Source of the DNA: Basidiobolus meristosporus CBS 931.73
Lineage: Eukaryota > Fungi > Basidiobolomycota
NCBI GenBank assembly: GCA_002104905.1
Contig: MCFE01000503.1
Location: 1 to 64,000 of the forward strand
Length of the DNA: 64,000 nucleotides
Direction of reading: 5' to 3'
Below, one piece after another: positions 59,848 through 64,000 of this stretch. The notes under the pieces are model-generated. The model made no database searches and was not told where the DNA came from. It worked only from the letters and a program-made list of their open reading frames with translations. The position numbers and the translations under genes are program-made. The stretch's first letter is position 1; each line of letters begins with the position of its first letter.

Positions 59848-60772
59848 CTTTTTGTGTGGGTCGGTCTCTAATTCTGCTCGAAGCTAGGTAGAAATGAAAT
59901 AATTCCAACGAGAGCAACCTTATCGTGGTGCATCGCCATCAGCTTTTTGTGGCATGAACCTTGATTAACCGGGATAAATACGGATTTAACTTGATTGATT
60001 TTGGACACTTTGAATAGTCTAATCAGCATGGCTATTCAGGTTACATGGATTAGTCGACCTCCTTCAGAACACTCACGGCACATCCACATAACCCAATTGG
60101 TTGTCGTTGATAACAAACACAGAGGTGCTTTGTTTTGATGGACACTTGCCGTATTACTATTTTAATCAACAACACTAAGCATCTATCGAGTCTGGTTAGT
60201 GGCTTCCCAAGCATGAATGTTGTGGATGATTACGACATCATCTAGATACCCCAAATATTCAGGGGACTCGAAGGATAGTAAGTACGTCAATGCTATGGCC
60301 GGTGGAAATCCCCAGGATCAACGATTGTTATTTTACGTAATAAAAACAAGATTGCTACGATGACGGATTTTGAGCGATATTTTTGATGAGCCATGAGCTT
60401 GATATTTACTCCTGGTGATAAAGGTCGAATCAGGGCCGCCCACGCTGATATAAAATTTCTTGGATAGATTTCACCCGCTGGGTCAGATTTGTTTAAACTA
60501 CTCCAAGTGCATATTACGTTGGCTCGAAAGATTATTTCCCCTGCCAACCTTAACAATTTTCGTTAGTAGCCGTGGCGAGCCTGAACGTCACATTTCATTC
60601 TCCAACCTCACCTAGACTACTTTCGAGTTTGACTTAGAAATCAAGGTATTTTATCTTCTTCCCGTTAATCTAGTTGTTGCGTGCTGGCCAGGGCGCTGGT
60701 ATATAAGTAAGTGTCTGGAAACAAACTAATCTTCTTCATCCATCGTTCCTAGTGAATTTTCCTTGTGACAAA

Positions 60773-63700
60773 ATGTCCAACGCGCCTCCCAATAATTTTC
60801 CTCCACCACCAGGTCAAACTCGGTCTCCAAGACCACCTATGTCTGGCCCACCTTCTAATTACCCACCTCCTGGCCAGAGTCAATCTCCAAGACCTCCGAC
60901 GGCTGGCTCTCCACGTCCCCCTATGGGTCAACCCCAACGCTCACCTGTGATGGGTGGAGCAAGGCCACCTATGAACGGGCCACGTCCATCATCTCCTTTT
61001 CCTCCTCAGGCTAAACCGGGCCCTCCATCTGCCTACTCACCAATGCCACCAAACTCCCAACCATATGGTCAAGCTGGATCTCCACCTCCCAATATGAGAC
61101 CCCCTCCTCAAGGGGCAGCTTCCCCATCTTTTAATCATCAAAATCCGGCTGCCAACATGCAACCAAGACCTGGATCTCCTGGTCCGCAAGCTCAGATGGC
61201 CCCAAGACCTATGTCACCACCTCTTCCTCAGGCTCAACAACCTGGCCCTGGTCAGCCAGGTTTGATGCAGAGACAATTTGTCCCACCTGTTAGCGGAAGA
61301 TCTCCTGTGATGCAGGGTGCTCCCGTCCCCTCACCTCGTCCGCCTATGCACAGCCCCAACGCAGTGCCACTGATGAACCCCCAACAGCCCATTCAATCTC
61401 CACAGCTCAACAGTTTTGCGCCTGTCCAGCCTGATGCTGCCGCCCCTCCCGGCTCACCACCGGCTAACGCAAGTAGCCCAGGACAGCGTAGGAGAATGTA
61501 TCCTGAGCAGATAGCAACTGCCTATACTCAAGGCGACGCCAACCAGCAGACCAACTATCCTGGCCCAGCATCTGGCCAATCCGATCCTGTTCCTGGAGCC
61601 CAAGGCTCGCAGTTCTTTGTGCCTGGCCTCCAAGGACAAACCTCCCCAGTGATGGGTTACAGCCAGCCCCAAACTCCTGGATACGCCGGCGGACAGGCCT
61701 ACGGACAGCAGTTCAACAATATGCAGAATCAGTTTAATAGCATGGCACTTGGTGGTCAAAACCAGCTCTTCCACACGCCCCTGATAGGCACCCCACTTAA
61801 TCCAGCCGAATTGGACTTACCGCCTCCCGCCATTAATCTGCCCCAAGGCGCCGCCGTTACCGCATCCCCCAAGACTCTGTGCGATCCCTCTCTTAAGCGT
61901 TGTACCTTCAACGCCATCCCCCAAAACTCCAACATATTGAAGAAAAGCAAGATCCCCTTCGGTTTGATCTTGACCCCATTCAAGCTGGATAAGCAGAACC
62001 CCGATGACATCCCAATCTCTCACGAGATCATCCGTTGCCGTCGTTGCCGTACGTACTTGAATCCGTTCATTCAATTTGTGGATGGTGGTCGTCGTTGGAA
62101 GTGTAACATGTGCTTCTTCACCAACGATGTTCCAAGCACATTCGATTACGACATTCAAAGCCAGCAGCCCATCGATCGTTTCCAGCGACCAGAACTGACC
62201 CATTCGGTGGTCGAATACATCGCCCCTGCCGAGTATATGGTTCGCGCCCCACAGCCTCCCGTTTACCTGTTCTTGATTGACGTGTCGCACACCGCCGTTC
62301 AGTCCGGAATGGTTGCCACCGCTGCCAGAACCATCTTGGAATCTTTAGACCGTATCCCTAACGAGGACAAAAGAGCCAAGATTGGTTTTATCACCTATGA
62401 CAGTGCCCTTCACTTCTACAATCTGAACAGTGAGCTCTCTGAACCCCAGATGCTCGTGGTGTCTGATTTAGAAGATCCATTCATCCCTATGCCCAATGAT
62501 TTGTTGGTGAACCTCAACGAGGGACGTCCCATTGTGGAGTCCTTGCTTTCCCGTCTTGGCGAAATGTTCAAGAGTACCCATAACGTTAGCAGTGTTCTCG
62601 CGCCTGCTCTCCAGGCTGGTCTCAAGCTCATCTCCGCCATCGGTGGAAAGATCATTGTGTTGCAGAACACCTTGCCTACCGATAAGGAGGGTGGTCTAAC
62701 TGCCCGTGAGGATGTGAAGCTTCTCGGAACACCCAAGGAGTCGAACCTCCTACAGCCAGCATCCCAGTTCTACAAGCCATTCGCTGTTGACTGTTCTCGC
62801 GCCCAAGTGTGCGTGGATACTTTCATTTTCGGCACCCAGTATATTGATTTCGCTACCTTGAGCGGTGCCTCTCGCTTCTCCGCCGGTCAGTCATACTTCT
62901 ATCCTGGCTTCAACGCCGGAAAGTCCGAGGATGCCGTCAAGTTTGCCAACGAGTTCTCCGAGTTCCTGTCATGTCCAGCTGGACTTGAAGCTGTTTTGAG
63001 AGTCCGTGCTTCCAAGGGATTGAGAATGACCGCGTATCACGGAAACTTCTTCTTAAGATCGATGGATCTTCTTGCCCTTCCCAACGTCACCCCCAACCAC
63101 ACCTACAGCGTGGAGGTCACCATCGACGAGCCGATCGAAACCTCTGTTGCTTGCTTCCAGACCGCCTTGCTGCATACTAGCTGCAACGGAGAGAGACGCA
63201 TCAGAGTGTTGACTCTAGGCTTGCCGGTGGCCAACAATATCTCCGAAGTCTTCAAATCCGCTGATCAGGTCGCCATTGCCACTCTTTTAGCAAGAAAGGC
63301 TGTGGAGAGATCGTTGAGCACGAAGCTGGAGGATGCTAGAGACGCGTTGATCAACAAATGTATCGACATTCTCGGTATCTACAAGACCGAGCTGACGTCG
63401 GTTGGAACCGGCGCCTCTCCACAGCTTCAAGTATGCCACAACTTGAAGATGCTCCCGTTGTTGGTGCAAGCACTCATCAAGCATGTGTCTCTTCGTGGTG
63501 GTTCCCAGACGCCCAGTGATGTGCGTTCATTCGCCATGAGCCTTGTTAATACTATGCCAGCGGAGCTATTGATGAGATACATCCACCCCAGATTCTACGC
63601 CCTTCATAACATGCCACCTGAGGTCGCGGTCCCCACAGATGATGGCTCCGCCGTCATGATGCCACAGCCGCTGCCATTGAGCAGCGAGAGATTGGAGCGC

Positions 63701-64000
63701 AACGGGTTGTTCTTGTTGGAGAGTGGACAGCACATATTCTTCTGGGTCGCCAAGGAGGTGTCCCCTCAGCTTTGCCAAGAATTGTTCGATGTTCCATCGT
63801 ACGATGCTATCCGACCTGGCCGCACCACCCTTCCCATCCTTGATACTAACTTCTCCTCCCGAGTTCAACTTATCATCTCCAAGATCAGAGAGGCAAACAG
63901 ATATATCTACTACCCACAAGTCTATGTTGTGAAAGAGGAGAGTGACCCGTCCCTACGACTCTGGTTCCTTTCCCACTTGATCGAGGACCGTGCCAACAAT
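60773..64000 (+). CDS. SEC24: COPII coat subunit Sec24, 3'-partial (at least 1,076 codons, no coding intron seen)
   Basis: ATG at 60773, P/Q/G-rich N-terminus, then IIRCRRCRTYLNPF...WKCNMC (zinc finger), PELTHSVVEYIAPAEYM, LFLIDVS (trunk domain), ending LIEDRANN. The frame stays in register at 61742 and at the window end. Confidence 0.93.
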   Translation, partial: MSNAPPNNFPPPPGQTRSPRPPMSGPPSNYPPPGQSQSPRPPTAGSPRPPMGQPQRSPVMGGARPPMNGPRPSSPFPPQAKPGPPSAYSPMPPNSQPYGQAGSPPPNMRPPPQGAASPSFNHQNPAANMQPRPGSPGPQAQMAPRPMSPPLPQAQQPGPGQPGLMQRQFVPPVSGRSPVMQGAPVPSPRPPMHSPNAVPLMNPQQPIQSPQLNSFAPVQPDAAAPPGSPPANASSPGQRRRMYPEQIATAYTQGDANQQTNYPGPASGQSDPVPGAQGSQFFVPGLQGQTSPVMGYSQPQTPGYAGGQAYGQQFNNMQNQFNSMALGGQNQLFHTPLIGTPLNPAELDLPPPAINLPQGAAVTASPKTLCDPSLKRCTFNAIPQNSNILKKSKIPFGLILTPFKLDKQNPDDIPISHEIIRCRRCRTYLNPFIQFVDGGRRWKCNMCFFTNDVPSTFDYDIQSQQPIDRFQRPELTHSVVEYIAPAEYMVRAPQPPVYLFLIDVSHTAVQSGMVATAARTILESLDRIPNEDKRAKIGFITYDSALHFYNLNSELSEPQMLVVSDLEDPFIPMPNDLLVNLNEGRPIVESLLSRLGEMFKSTHNVSSVLAPALQAGLKLISAIGGKIIVLQNTLPTDKEGGLTAREDVKLLGTPKESNLLQPASQFYKPFAVDCSRAQVCVDTFIFGTQYIDFATLSGASRFSAGQSYFYPGFNAGKSEDAVKFANEFSEFLSCPAGLEAVLRVRASKGLRMTAYHGNFFLRSMDLLALPNVTPNHTYSVEVTIDEPIETSVACFQTALLHTSCNGERRIRVLTLGLPVANNISEVFKSADQVAIATLLARKAVERSLSTKLEDARDALINKCIDILGIYKTELTSVGTGASPQLQVCHNLKMLPLLVQALIKHVSLRGGSQTPSDVRSFAMSLVNTMPAELLMRYIHPRFYALHNMPPEVAVPTDDGSAVMMPQPLPLSSERLERNGLFLLESGQHIFFWVAKEVSPQLCQELFDVPSYDAIRPGRTTLPILDTNFSSRVQLIISKIREANRYIYYPQVYVVKEESDPSLRLWFLSHLIEDRANN

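Noticed and set aside
61454-63932. ORFs antisense or out of frame to SEC24, and similar ones over TUP1 (e.g. 55843-56214, 57586-57894)
   Set aside because: Shadow frames of GC-rich coding sequence, mostly with non-ATG starts and no recognisable domains.

Overview
Eukaryotic, fungal-type DNA. The TUP1 N-terminus and short degenerate introns suggest an early-diverging fungus (inference only). The window has two sharply separated domains. (1) Positions 1 to ~54,900 are an AT-rich, almost CpG-free pile of nested, decayed transposons. One 4.7-kb Ty1/copia family dominates (family A: ~349-bp LTRs TGTTGTAA...TTACAACA, 5-bp TSDs, single gag-pol frame, Ty5/copia-type half-tRNAiMet PBS). It has five near-complete copies plus fragments. 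The block also holds two Ty3/gypsy pol remnants, a second copia family, CACTA/En-Spm transposase remnants and several solo-LTR families (B, B2, C, D, E, F; labels are mine). (2) Positions ~54,900-64,000 are a CpG-rich gene island: TUP1 (12 exons, - strand), tRNA-Pro(CGG), SRP14 (4 exons, - strand) and SEC24 (+ strand, uninterrupted frame, runs off the window and so is missing from the ORF track). The best candidate for a novel system is a TSD-bounded 8.9-kb copia-inside-copia inverted repeat (45,182-54,061) at the edge of the TE block. It could yield a ~4-kb hairpin RNA against the whole family. The family also has Ty5-like traits: the half-tRNA PBS, an LISSPP motif in the integrase tail, and insertion into its own copies. 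Most short ORFs in the supplied track are antisense or broken TE frames. Coordinates, alignments and counts were done by eye; boundaries marked ~ are approximate.
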